Of a DNA stretch of 64,000 bases, positions 36,095-51,000 are shown one piece after another. The position numbers and the translations under genes are program-made. The DNA is from Octopus vulgaris (Eukaryota), in contig OX597831.1 in assembly GCA_951406725.2 (NCBI GenBank), positions 7,502,001-7,566,000 of the forward strand. The letters are read 5' to 3'. Numbering within the stretch: the stretch's first letter is position 1; every line of letters starts with the position of its first letter. A model generated the notes under the pieces. The model saw only the letters and a program-made list of their open reading frames with translations, ran no database searches and was not told where the DNA came from.

Positions 36095-39000
36095 CCCTGT
36101 CACATCTTCAGTGTTCTGTTTGATCCTGGGTGCTGGTAACTTAATGCATTGGCATCTAATACAATTAGCTGGTCCTTTTTTGTTGCTGGTCAATGTCATT
36201 GCTGTGACAGTATCGTAAGCAGCACTTCTGCTATGCCTGGATTGTTTCCAGAAGCTCATGCATAACCCTAAGCACACGTAACACCTCTCCATGGCAGCAG
36301 CAGCTGCTGTGAAGGCACAATGACCCAGTGGTTAGGGCAGCGGACTTGTGGTTGGAGGATCGCGGTTTCAATTCCCAGACCGGGCGTTGTGAGTGATTAA
36401 TTGAGCGAAAACGCCTAAAGCTCCATGAGGCTCCAGCAGGGGTTGGTGGCGACGCCTGTTGTACTCTTTCACTCCAACTTCCTCTCACTCTTTCTTCCTG
36501 TTTCTTGTCCCCGACTTCCTATGCAACCGCTGAGCCTGGATGCGCATTCATCCATCCGCCGATGCTCTCGGTGTCGGGGGTTGACCTGCTTTCTCTTCTG
36601 CGGGTCTTATGAATAGCAAAGGACCACGTTTCGGACTTCTCCCAGGCACTCAACAAGCAAACAAACAGCTGCTGTTGTGTGTGTGTGTGGTTTCTTTTGC
36701 TAAAATAAATTTGTTTCTTTGTTTCTTTCTTCAGAGTACTGTGATATATGAATCCACATTAACTGATGGGAATGCAGATGCTGGTAAATATCTGAAACTC
36801 TTTTTTAAAATATCTCTTATGATTTGTTTGGATTGTTTAGATAGAAAACGGATACTGAACGAAGCCTTAACAGTTAATGTTGTGATGCTTGCTGCTGAGA
36901 GAGCAATGCGATTGATGAATAATTTGGGAAGAGAGAAAAACCAAAGTTTGAGGAGTTCCTTTTGGGAGTTCAATTGCTTCGCTTGAATTTAACTTATATA
37001 AAGATCCCGGATCTTTTCGCTTTGACCGGCAGATTTTTTAAAAATAATTTCTTTGTAACTAAACACTTTTAAACTTCATATACTGGTAGAATGTGTTACA
37101 TAAAACATCTTTTTCTCTTGGCTTTCTTGAGAAAATTCTGTAGTTTGTAAGCTATTTGTTCTTTAATTTCTTGCATTTTGGCAATTTCAACTAATCAATG
37201 ACGTCTATTGAGGTGAATTCAATTTCTGCCGTAGAAAAAGATGTTTTATAAACACATTCTACCAGTATACAAAGTTTAAAAGTGTTTAGTTACAAAGAAA
37301 TTATTTAAAAAATCTGCCGGTCAAAGCGAAAAGATCCAAGATCCCTGCTTGAACTAATCAGAACTCACTTCTCTTTATGGCACACAAACTTTTATTCTAT
37401 TCTACTGTTCAGATCATTTTTCACTTTTCTGCACTGTTATTTGCCAATAACCAACTGGAAATTGTTCCATTTGTGTACTACACAAGCCTTCTCTCTTAGA
37501 CTCCTCCAAGAAATGCTCAACCATTCCAACATTCTGCGAATTCTTCTTTGGTTGAATTAGAGAAACAATATTCGTTGAGTTGGCAGAATCATTAGCAGGC
37601 AGGGCGAAATGCTTAGCGGTATTTCCTCTGCCATTACGTTCTGAGTTCAAATTCCGCCGAGGTCGACTTTGCCTTTCATCCTTTCGAGGTCGATTAAATA
37701 AGTACCAGTTATGCACTGGGGTCGATGTAATCGACTTAAACCCTTTGTCTGTCCTTGTTTGCCCCCTCTACGTTTAGCCCCTTGTGGGTAATTAAGAAAT
37801 AGATATTCGTTGATACCAACCGTAAACCTTTGTATTTACTGTTGATGGATTTAACTCTTTCGTTACTGTATTTATTTTGAGATGCTCTGTGTTTCTTTCA
37901 ATTATTTTAAATATAACAAAGAATTTAGTAAAATAACTTAGTTATTATTAAGCTAGTATTAGGAATATAAATTGCGACTAAGGTTTGGTGGTATATTTTG
38001 ATGCAAAACTTACGTAAAAAAGACATAGAATAAGTACCAAAATTTTTTTAAATATATACTGGTGGGGGGGTCTCTTCATTTGACTAAAATTCTTCAAGAC
38101 TATGCTCCAGCATGGCCACAATCTAATAAACCAAGTAAAAGGTAAAAAAAAAAAGCTATTTAAATTATTTTTATTTCTTATATTTTCAATGTTTTTTTTT
38201 TTACCAATTTCCTTGCTGACTCCAGCAAACAAAAAAGACGGTCATTTGACCCGGCGCTGGCAGAAGAGACAAGAATTAGCTAACCGTGCCGCAGAGGAAG
38301 AACTTGCCGAAATCTCACTGGAACAACAGATGTTGATACAACGCAATATTCCCAAGAAGAAGTCTGCTTCTGGCACCCCTCGATCCGTGACACCCACCTC
38401 GACATCCAAAGCAGGCAAAACTGTGGGCGGCATCAGTAATACTGGGAGGCTGTCTGTGGCACCCAATGACGTTATTCATCATGCTGTGGCACCTGGCAAG
38501 AAATCTAAACAACCAATCTCATTAGATATTAGTGCTATGATTGATGCTCTTGAAGTAAGAGATTTTTCTTTTTCCACCTCTTTTCTAACACCTCTACCCC
38601 ACCCGTCACCCTTTTTTTCACCTGTATTCTAACACCCCCCTCACCTTTTTTTCACCTCTATTCTAATCCCTCCCTCACCTTCTTTTTCACCTCTATTCCA
38701 ACACCTCACCCTTTTCACCTCTATTCTAATCTATTCCTCACCTTCTTTTTTACCCCTATTCCAACACCCCACCCCTCACCCTTTCACCTCTTTTCTAACA
38801 CCCTCTCACCTTCTTTTTCACCTCTATTCCAACACCCCACTCCTCACCCTTTTCACCTGTATTCTTACACCCTCTCACCTTCTTTTTCACCTCTATTCCA
38901 ACACACTCACCCCTATTCCAACACCCCACTCCCTCACCCCTTTCACCTCTATTCCAACACCCCACCCCTCGCCCTTTTCATCTCTATTCCAACATCCCAC

Positions 39001-42000
39001 CCTCCCACCCCTCGTCTCCTTTTATCCTTCTCCTGTGGGTAGCAAACCTGTTGGCAACGTTATTATGAAGACGGTGAGCTGGCAGACATGATAGGATGCC
39101 AGATGAAATGCTTTGTGGCATTTCATCCATCTTTATGTTCTGAGATCAAATACCGTCAAGGTGGACTTTGCCTTTCATCCTTTCGGGGGTCAATAAAACA
39201 AGTACCAGTTGAATACTGGGGGGGTGGGGATGTAATCGACTGATCCTCTCCCCCAACATTTCAGGCCTTGTGCCTATAGAAGAAAGAATTATTATTATTA
39301 TCATTAACAGAGATTCTTATCGTTTTGACATCCACCTTCGCATGCTTGTATGGATAAAATGGAATTTTGTTGAGGTGGATTTTCCTCAGTTGGATGCTCT
39401 TCTTGTCACCAGCCCTGTTCCCAAGAAGCTAGGTAATATTTCCCCACAGCCAGACATGTTTTCCACAGGAAACAAACAACACTGCTTGTTTACAACCCTG
39501 GAAAATTGGATGTTAAATGAGGCTGATACACACACACACGCTCTCACTTTATTATCTCCCTTTGCATCACTCTCCAAGCACCTCCACCTCATCTGCCACA
39601 AACACATGTTGAAGCAATACATGGTCCACAACCACTTTTTAACCATGCATTTCTCCACTAGAATCTCTTCTGCCCTTTCCACTTCTCAAATTCACTTAGA
39701 GATCTTCAAACTTACCTCTGCCTCTCTTCGCCTCATTTTTTTTACCCTTGGATTCTTCACAACTTTTGTCACCTTTCACCTTTGTCACTGGACTTCTGGA
39801 CTCTTTCCATTTGGGTAACATTTTTAAAAAGATCCTTTCTATTATAACATTTTCTTTTAACTGCATGCTGTTTCCCCCCTTGTTTTTCTTGAGCCCAATA
39901 ATTTCAGCGGTGGTGCCCCAGCATGGCCGCGGCCTTCGGGCTAAAACATTTTTAAGGATTTAAGGAACCTCCTGACTTTTCAGTGTTGTCTATTTATTTA
40001 TATATTTAATCACAATTTTATTTATATTTTATTTCATCTGGGTTTATCTTCAATGGTTTTCCAATCACCCCAAACCCCTACCCCCCAATGCCTTCCTCTC
40101 ACCTACAATATATTCGCTCCTACTTGCTATCCTCCCACACAAACATTCCTCTCTGTCCATTCTTATACATGGACATCCTTCTCTACATAACACCCACCAT
40201 GCTGCATTCTCACTTGGTCTCTAAATCTCTTTTATTCTTGTCTCTCAGCTTCCCTCCTATTCTTAATAACACTTTTCTTAAAACTTTTCCCCTCTCATTT
40301 TGTCTTTTTTGTTCATTACCTTATATACACATTACATATATATATGTGTGGTGTATGTGTCATCTTTACTCTGTTATCTCCCCTACTTCTTCCTTCTTGT
40401 GTGTGACCCTTCTGTCCGAAGTCAGTCGCCATGATAGATCGTTAGCCACTACACGCATTTTTTCTCTCCTTGTTTTTTCTGTGTCCCTTTCTGAAGAAGA
40501 GCATAGGCTCGAAACATAAAAGACTTTTTCCATTCCTGAGTGTTATACTAATACATGTTTGTTTTGTACACCACCAGTCTTCGTCTTTTGTTTTTTTCGT
40601 AAACTCTCCCTATACACACATATATATATCTACACACACACAGCTTCTGTCTACCAATTTCACACATAAAGCCTTTGATTAATCAAAGGCAATGCTTAAA
40701 AACACATTATCAATATGTCTATGTTTCAAAGTGAACATTTCCAGTCACATGGTCCAATAATTATTTTGGTTTTATGTAATTTTTTAAAAGTTTAAAGATT
40801 TAGTTTGATAGAAATTTTCTCTTTCTACATTTTCTCAATTTTAGAAACGATTTAAAGAACCTCAGCAAAAGAAGGAAGTTTTCAAAGAGAAAGTAAGTCA
40901 CCAGAATTTAACCTTTCCTCCTCCCACTCTCTCTCTCTCTCTCTCTCTCTCAGATATTATTCATAAAAAATATTGCTACCTTAGGAATCTGCTCAACTTT
41001 TTAAAGTGACATCTAGTAGAAGTCACTGGAAACCACATAATTGCAAATCAAACTTCTTAATTATGCAGCCATAATTAAGTTCAGTCCAGATCGCGATCGT
41101 GAAAACCTGTGCTCAAAGGTATTCCAGTCCTGACCATCCCACCTCTTCAGGCATAATTTATTCCAGATTATGTCTTCCTTTCCCCCAAAGACAACAGATA
41201 TGACCTGAAAGGAAATTAAAACTTTGAACAGAAATGTTTCAACTAATTTTGCTCAGACCAAAACCTGGGTATTTCCAACTAAACTGAAACATAAAGGAGT
41301 TGAAATAAGATTTTTCTGTTCTGAAATTACCTCTTTTTAAAAATTTTTTCTTTCTATTCTTCATTATCACCACCTTAATATATTGTTATATGGCTCACAA
41401 TTAATTTTTGAGATTTTTCCAGAATTTTAATTTTATTTCATTTTAGTCTGTAAATAAACCAATTGTTGGAAACATCCTTGACAGTTCAGCTCCTGCAAAA
41501 CGAGGCAAGGAAAGGGAGATTACGAAAGCCAAGAAACCAAGTCCCTTGAAGAAGGTAAACATGTTTCTTTTTAAGCCCTTCTTCACTCTCCATGAAGCAT
41601 CAGGCCAGCAACGATTTTTCCCCACTGTTCTTCACTTTAGGTTGCTTTTTTCCCTGCTTCAGTTGGATCCCTGCTTTTTTTCCAGGTCTGCCTCAATATC
41701 CTGCCCCCAGCTATTTTTAGGGTATCCTTTCAAGAACTGGACATTTTGGTGTATATAAATTATATATTTTTTTCTTTTCCTGGTTTCACTCATTGGACTG
41801 AGGCTGTAAGCTTTAGTCAATCACCCTAAACTCTGTTGTGAATTTATTAACTTTAGCAAAATGAAAAGTAAATTAACCCGAGCAGGTTTTAAACTACCAA
41901 TGCAAAAGAGACCAAATACCACAAGGTATTTTGTTTCGCTCTATCTGTTCAGCCTATACGACAGATTGTATAGACTATAGATACTTGTTTTGTGTCCCAA

Positions 42001-45000
42001 ATTAATTGTTACAGTGTATATTACAATCTTGCTGGTTAATTTTGTCTCTTCATTTTTATATACATTAAAAAAAAAATATATATAAAATAAATTAACACTG
42101 TGGGTGCATTTTATTGAGGGCCCCTCACTATTGAGGTCCTGATGAAGTTCACAAGATTTTGATTCCCCCCTCAACTGAATGAGGCTACTTTGGAGAAGGA
42201 GGTGACTTTATGCCAGGTGATGACATGTTTAAAGTTCAAAATGAAAAAAAAAGAAACCTCAACAGCTTTCTTGCTCTTTAGGGGCCAAAGTCTGATGTCC
42301 GCATGAGTTTCAGGAGCCCTTTTGTGTTTTTATGTTGGTACATATTTCCAAAAGAAGATAATGCCAAAGAGCACAACACCATGCCAGTAACAAAATCTCA
42401 TGTTTTGGCACTTGAAACTTAACCGTTTTTTTTTTTGTGTTCCTGCTTTAGATGGAAATCAGAAATCAATTTGCGTATATGGTAACTCCTTTCTTACTTC
42501 CCCTTTGGTTTTACTTTTTTCATCCCCAAAATAATTTTTAAATCTCCAGATTTTCTGTCATCTTGCCAATGATGTTTTTAATGTCGTCCTATTCGGATTT
42601 GAGGTGTGTCTCAGATTTCAAAGCTGGATCCAATGACATTATGTTTTTCTGATTCTTTGTCTTTTGTTTAGGTAATTCTTAAAGAGCGTGAAGAAAAAAA
42701 ACGACTCCGTTTGTTGGAGGTTGATCCAACTGTCAGTGCTTTGGACAATGATCTGGCTTCCCCAAGGTACATGGCCCTCAATTATTCACCAACATCTTTT
42801 CAAAAATATTAACTGATTTCTCTATCTTCACTTTAATTAATATAATGATGTATTAGTTTAAGACACATCAGGCAAAATGCTTGGCAGCACCTCATCTGGG
42901 TTGAAATCCAGCTGGGGTCAGTTTTGTGTTTCATTCTTTTGGGATCAATCAAGTAACTACCAGTTGAGCAATAGGGGCCAATCTGGTCCCCTGAAATTGC
43001 TGGCTGGCCTTGTTCCTAAATTTAAAATAATGATGTCTTGCTTTTACTAAAGGATTTTGATTCAAGATTTTTTTTATATTGTTTCCACCCGTCTTCTCTC
43101 CTTCTGGCACCACAGAAAGTGTATTCCAGTGTTGATCGAATGTTGAATCAATCATCATTGTTTAACGTCCGTTTTCCGTGCTAGCATGGGCTGGACGGTT
43201 CAACTGGGGTCTGGGAAGCCAGGAGGCTGCACCAGGCCCAGTCTGATCTGGCAGTGTTTCTACAGCTGGATGCCTTTCCTAATGCCAACCACTCCGTGAG
43301 TGTAGTGGGTGCTTTTTACGTGCCAGGGGAGGCTGGCAGCGGCCACAATCGGTTGGTGCTTTTTATGTGTCACCGGCACAGAAGCCAGTCAAGGCGGCGC
43401 TGGCATCAGCCACGTTCAGATGGTGCTTTTTACATGCCACCAGCACAGGTATCACTACAATTTCCATTTGATATTTATTTTGATGTTGATGTACTTGACT
43501 CAATAGGTCTCCTCAAGCACAGCAGGTCATGTGCCACCGGCACAGAAGCAAGTCAAGGTGGTGCTGGCATCAGCCACATTCGGATGTGAAATACATTTAA
43601 TGGTTGCTTTTACTTCTTGGAAGTGTCCTATGATTCAAGAACTCTCTGATTGTTTTCAGCTACATTATTATATTTTTGTGTATGGATACAAACATGGCTA
43701 GGTGGTTAAGAAGTTTATTTTGCCATCATGCGGTCCTTGGTTCAGTCTTGCTGTGTGGCATTCTAGACAAGTCTCTTTCCCATAGCCTTGAGTCAACCTT
43801 GTGCAGGAATTTTGGTTCACTGAAGCTCATTGGATGGACGACCGTAACTAATTCAAATGTCTTGTGTTGTCACATGATGGTATACTGACTTTACTTAAGA
43901 ATTATATTGAAAATATATCTCTGGAATACTCAACCACTGTGCATTCTAATTCAGTAAGTTGATTCTACAACTAGGTCATCATCATTCTCACTTGACATCC
44001 ATGTTCCATGCTGGCATGGGTTGGACAGTTTGACCAGATCTGATGACCCAGAGAACTGCATCAAGCGCCAATGTCTGCTGGATGCCCCTCCTAATGCCAC
44101 TCGCTTTACAGCATGGACTAGATGCTTTTTTTTTGTGCCCCCTGCACTATTGCGGTCGCCATGCAGTTTGCAGGGCTCTGAACTTTGGGAGAGTTGGGGA
44201 TCAGCTTCATGTTAGGAGGACAAAGGGATCACTGTGAAAATGGGGTGCAGAGAGAGTCCATATTTATGTACAAACGATATTAGTTCAACCCCTGCCTTCC
44301 TCTCCAAAAATAAAAAAATTACCCAGTTTCTATTGACAGTCCATCCTACTTTTTAATTAATATAATTAATATAACCTCTCTTTTTCCCTTCTAATTAATA
44401 TTTTGTTTTTTCTTTTTCTAGTGTCCCTGTTGGCCTTGGTGTGGTAAATGCTGAAAGTGATTTGTCTCAAGATGGTACGTATAAAACAAATGTCATGTTT
44501 TACCTTAAATCCTTAAAAATGTTTTAGCCCAAAGGCTGCAGCCATGCTGGGGCACGTTGAATTATTTTCACCAACTCTAATTAACAAAGTCATCTGATTG
44601 GATTTATATTCCCAATCTTCTTCTATCAGATAAATTAGTCTAATACACACACACAAACAATTGTACTCTCTTACCTAACCAGGCTCTTTTCTCACATTTA
44701 CTGTAGTTTTCAAATTTCTCTTTCTCACTTTCAAGTTGGTAAAACTATTCCCATTATGTTGTGTCTGGGGAGGGTCATATTGTCTTATCTAACACACTCA
44801 CCGGTTCCATTTCCACTCATTTATTATTTATATTTTTTCTTCCAAAATTTTTGTTGCTTTTGCAATCTTGTCAATGGATCAATACCATTAATTTCTCTTC
44901 CTCTCTTAGTATAATGCCGAAAGGATGAAAAGCCAAAGTTATTGTTGGTGACAATTACAATTATGTAGGTGTGGGTTGCTATAAGTATTGATTACATTCT

Positions 45001-48000
45001 CTGGCTAATTAAGCAGACAATGATTATACTAAATAGAATTGAGTTTTATTTGATATTTTTAATTAAAAATACTTTATTAGCACTTCATTTTTGCCAAATA
45101 GATTTTCCATTGTTGTGTAATAAACACATATGTATGTGTGTGTGAGATGATTATGATATACAATGCACACACACATTTCTTAACAGGACTTGTCAAAACA
45201 AGTCTGTTTATGCCATTTTGTTATTTGTATTCATTTTTTTCTTTTGTCCATCCCTTATCCCCCACTATGACATATTAAGTGGTTCGTGTGATGAACACAC
45301 AAACGGTGGACCGAAATGTTACTGGATGTCTTTTATCTGACTGAAGACAGTTTGGTTCGTTATATGGCAAGGAGAATAATATATCTTGCCCATGTGACAG
45401 CGACGTCACCTCTAGATGGTCATTCAGCATCCTAGAAATACCAGCTAAATCACCTTTATATTACATCCTGTCATCATTACCATTCAATGTCCTTTTTCCA
45501 TGCTGGCATGGGTTGGCCGGTCCAACAGGAGCTGGCAAACCAAAAGTCTGCACCAAACTCCAACTGTCTGCTTTCTACTCTTGGATGCCCTTCCTTATGC
45601 CAACCACTTCACAAAGTGTACGTGGGTAGTCTTTATGTGAGTGCAGCACCAATGGGGTCACCAAGTAACTCACTCCTAAACAGAGAGGTGGGGGGAGGAA
45701 TAGTGAGGGAGGTGGCTTTGTGCCCCAGCGATGAGAGGCTGAGGTGTGATAGAAGAGTAGAAACAGGAAGGAAAGAAAATGAAGAATGTGTCTATAGACC
45801 CATTATGTCTGTAAAAAACAGGGGATGGTCACTACTGAAATGCCTTTGCTTATAGGTCAACTGATCCAGGTCACAACTGACCAGAGTCTAAACAAAACAT
45901 AGCTTAACGAGAAGTGCAGGTTGCTTCAGTTGTTAATTTGACCCTTAACCCTTTATTGTTCACATTATTCTGCCAAAATTAATGCTTCTTCATCTACATT
46001 GTTTTGAACTAATCAGGCATTATCTTGTAGCTATGAGGTTTTGATGAGGTAGCTGTTAATTTTTAAAACGATATTGTAGGGTTGGTGTGAGAGACCAGAT
46101 ATGGCCGGTTTGAACATAAAACAGGCAGAATACTTTTGGCCGGATGTGGCCGGTTTAAATGCTAAAGGGTTAAGTAAAATCTATCAAACTTAACAGAGCT
46201 GACTAATCCCTCTTTTGTGAGATTGTTTCTTAGTAAAATACTCCGAGTTTACAAACCAAGTGAATGTGTTTATGTAGCTTCGTTTCTGCTTAACTCTTTT
46301 CCTATTTAAATATTGTTACTTCACCTTCATAAGATTTATTCAAAAGAATTCTGTTTTCTTTCTAATAAGAACAACAACATTCTGATATGCTGTAAATGTT
46401 TCTCCAATGTTGCATCTATTCCAGCTGCCAGTATGAAAGGTGATCCTGGAGGAGCCACGACGCCAGCCAGTGCAGATCTGTCACCTGTCAGCCAAACGTC
46501 TCCCATAAGCATCAGTCCTCTAAGTTCAGGGGTCAATAGTCCTATTGCTGGAGCCACAGAAAAAGATGTCAATCCAGCCGTTCTTAAGATCCATAGCAGG
46601 AGATTTCGTGAGTAAGTACTCTTCAAAATGTCTCTGAGTCGTTATTGTTATTTATTGCAACAACAATCTCCTTTGTTCTGTGTCTTAGATAAGTCTTGGC
46701 AACATTTATCTGTTGACCATGACAGCTTAATATCTAGAAAAGTACGCACAGTGAATTGGTTGGTGTTAGGAAGGGCATCCAGCTGTAAAAATCAGTGTCA
46801 AAGCAGACACTGAAGCTTTGTGCAGTCCTTTGGTTTGCTGGTTACTGTCAAACCGTCCAACCCATGCCAACATGGAAAACAGCCATTCAATTTGTGGTAA
46901 TGATGATGGTGATGCTATGTACCTCATCCATCCCTCATCTCTTGAATTGGAACTTTCCTGTCCAGCTTCTCTGCTGAAGCTGCAATGATCCATGCTCAAT
47001 CCAATTCACATTCTATCAACTTTAGACTAATCCAAAATTTGCTTATTCCATGCATCCGTCCAACCCATGCCAGCATGGAAAATGGATGTTAAGCGATGAT
47101 GATGATGATGATTGTACCCTACTGACCTATTTGCTTTCAGATGTGCTGTTTCTCTTCTTTACCCAATCCTTTCTCCTTGGGGCTTTGACCGTCTGAAATT
47201 CCTTTCTAGACCTATTGAGTTATACATCAAATATTTAGGAGGATTTGCAAAAGTCATGGGTACTGCACTCAATGACTGTGGTTTCAATTCCTGGACCCAG
47301 CAGTGCACAGTGTTCTAGATTAAAACACTTCATTTCACATTGCCCCAGTCAACTCAGCTATAAATGTATTCTGGCAATAGCTAGGATGGTAACGCCTGAT
47401 GATGGACTAGCATCCCATCCAGGGGCAGAGTGATTGTATTCTCAGTCACTTGGATATCCTGGAAACCAGGTCAAGTTGTGGCTTTGTATGTCCCAGGGCT
47501 CATGAAAGACCTTGTTGAAAAGAAATTGCATTTATATCGTTTAATTAATTGTAATTAATATTTTGTAGATACTGTAACCAAATCCTTGACAAGGACATAG
47601 ATGCTTGCTGTACCATGTTGCTGCGGGATCTAGTTTCATTCCAAGATAGACTTTACCATAAAGATCCAATAAAGGTAACAATTCTCTCTCTCTCGTTGAT
47701 ATCTACTGACTACACACTCTGCTGAATTACATATAAGAGAGTGTATAGATCTTTTAAATTGACCCCCAATAAATTGACTGGTTCTTATTTTATTGATGTG
47801 ACAAATTTTGAACACAGAAGCAAAACCTACATGAATAGAAGGCATGGATGTGTGATTCAGGAGTTTTGTTTTATTACAACAACCACAGGTTTCAGGTTCA
47901 ATTCTCCTGCATGGCACCTTAGACAAGTGTCTTCTACTATAGTATTAGGTAGACAAATAACGCGAGAGTGAAATTCGGTAGAGATAGTGGAAGCAAGGTT

Positions 48001-51000
48001 GGCGGAAAAATTAAATACATACCAGATAGGGATCTTGTTAGGAATACTAGGATTACAAGTGTGATAAATTTTAACTGGGATGCTCACCAGAGCAGTGATA
48101 GTAGAAATAATTCCAGTAACATTAACAGTATGGAAGGATCAATGAACACTGCAAACACCTCCACTTCCCAATAAATGGAAGCTTAGACGAGATAAAGGAA
48201 CATAGTTGTGCTGCATTCCAGAATAATAGGAATCCAAAGCTGAATATAAATGACCCCCACCCCCACCAACCAATGGTAGGTGTATAAAATACTTGCTGAC
48301 TAAATTAACAGGCTGGCAGTGGCCACGATCGGTTGGTGCTAGTGGCACGTAAAAAGCACCAACCAATCGTGGCCGCTGCCAGCCTCCCCTGGCACCTGTG
48401 CCGGTGGCACGTAAAAGCACCCACTACACTCACGGAGTGGTTGGCGTTAGGAAGGGCATCCAGCTGTAGAAACTCTGCCAGATCAGACTGGAGCCTGGTG
48501 CGGCCATCTGTGTCGCCAGTCCTCAGTCAAATTGTCCAACCCATGTTAGCATGGAAAACGGACGTGAAACGATGATGATGATACCAGAGGAAGACAATAA
48601 GATTGGAGATGAGGACAGCCATAACAGTAGAAATAGCACTTAATTATGATGGGAGCCAACCTACACTTGACAAAATAGGGAAGAGAAATAGAGCAAAAAT
48701 ACAAAAGATGATTGGTACAATACTCCCTTTGGGGTCCAAATTACAACAGACATCGCAAGGAAAATACCAATAGCAGCAAGAATATTGAAGCCTGCAATAT
48801 AAAAGAGAAGCATAGTAATAAAAGAAATGAAAATAGAGAAATATTAGGAAGAGAGGCATCAGAGATGCTGGTGGAAATTATAAAGGTGAGGCTGATGATA
48901 ATAAATAATAAAGACAATATGTATAAGGATAGGTGTAATGATAGCAGGCTTAACCATAGGAGTCGGAGCTGCAACAGAAAAAAACAACTACAGGATTAAT
49001 GATGATGATAATAACCTGAAGAAACGTACCATCCAGTATTCTGCCACCAGAATCCTTAGAAAGATTCTTGACATTTCAGATGTGTCTCAAGATAAAATAC
49101 CTGCTAACTAAATTAACATGCACTAGTGTAATAATATTAATAATTTTAACAAGAAAAGTAGTGATGATAATAATAGCAAAAATATTTGTAACTTTAGAAA
49201 TCACAATAAATGTCCATTAAATAAACTATGCCTCAAGAAGAACAGTTTCTAAACTCTCACTCATTACAGATAATAAAGTGTACTATTACACAGGTTGTTG
49301 CCCAGATTAATAATCCCTTATTAATCTCCTCAGAATTTTTATCTATTCTCTTCATCTCCTAATTTTTTTGCTCTTCAAACAAAATCTAAATTCCTGAATT
49401 AAAATATTTCCCACAATAAAATTAATTCCACTTATTTCATTAAATGGATTTTGTTTTTCTATTTCTTCAGGCTAAAATGCGACGCCGTATTGTTCTGGGC
49501 CTAAGAGAAGTTACTAAACACCTTAAGCTTAAGAAACTGAAATGTGTTATTATTTCACCAAATCTTGAGAAAATTCAATCTAAAGGTCAGAAATATTTTT
49601 GCATTTGACAATAAAAAATTCTTTATTGGTATATTTATACTTAATATATTCTGGCAGATTCCAACACAAAATATGTAAATCGCTGTTGTGTATGTCACAG
49701 AACACCAGCTCCTTTTCTGATGACTTGTTCCTAACACACTGATGTCCTAGAATCCTTTGCACCCAGAAGCCAAGTGTTTTATGAACACATTGCCATCATT
49801 AAAGGGAGGAATTGCTTTCCTGTGACGTACAGAACAGCGATTACTATATTTGTGTTCAAATCTGCCAGAATGTTTGAAGAACAAATATGCAAATTCTTGC
49901 CTACCTTTGATCTCTGAACTGGTGCATTGGCCCCATTAGTTTGAACCATCAGGTACAGAGTTGTTTCTGCTAGAATCACATTGTTTAATCTGTGTATTGA
50001 GTATTTGGGCCAAAAATGTTATTTAAATTTGAGTGTGCGTGTGTATTTTATATTCTTTGTAATATCTGGAATGCTGGTGAGTGGTATCTTTAAAAACACC
50101 TGATTCGTTAAAGGTGTGGCTCTGGAAGTACAAATGATGTCCAGGCAACCAGATTTTCATCTCTCTTAGTTTTTCCCCCTTTTATTCTGTTGGTTCAGTA
50201 TGAATGAATTCTACCCGTCTTCACCCTGATGCAAGCCACATCAAGAGAGACCATAGTTGTGGTGTCAATGGCACCTGTGCTGGTGGCGTGTAAAAAGCAC
50301 CCACTACACTCTCAAAGTGGTTGGCATTAGGAAGGGCATCAAGCTGTAGAAACCTTGCCAAATCAGATTGGAATCTGGTGCTCCCCCCCCCTCCCAAGCT
50401 TACCCATTTTCAGTCAAATCCTCCAACCCATGCCAGCATGGAAAGTGGACGTTAAATGATGATGATTTGGTACAGTGGAAAAGTAGGGAAAAATCATGCA
50501 AGTACCCAGCTGGAGCTACTGATCCGTCTCTCACTGCTGTGTTGCTTTTTAAAAGGCTGGAATGAATTGTGTGACTGTCACCAATTGTTGAGCATCACTT
50601 GTAGACTGAATTTGACAATGGGAGGCGAGGAAGAAACACAATGGAACAGGGGTTGGTGGTTCTACCTTACATTGAGGTAGAACATTGGCCAAAATTGAAA
50701 ACAGAGGGAGTCTTCATGTCAACAGTTCATAATACTGATTGGTACAAGGATCTAATGAGGAAATTTGATAAAATCATTAACTACAAGAAAATATGTATGG
50801 GATGCTTGCTGTTGGTTTTGTATTCCCCTGCTGTGGTGTTTACTTCTTTCAGTAATTGAATCCATTTTGAAATGTGAGGAAGCAAAATGTGTACTAAACT
50901 TTTACGGCTATCTGACCTCCATGCCGGTGGCACATAAAAGACACCATTCGAGCATGTTTGTTACCAGCATCGCCTTACTAGCACCTGTGCCAGTGGCACG

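Noticed and set aside
38575-39010. CRISPR-like repeat array
   Set aside because: Degenerate tandem units without unique spacers, in a eukaryotic intron, with no cas genes.
45280-45325. tgatga...gaaatgtt hammerhead-like motif
   Set aside because: The core C and the stems are not convincingly present.
47920-49100. Possible Penelope-like coding relic (WYNTPF-like motif, AT-rich ORFs)
   Set aside because: Too degenerate to assign or delimit by eye.
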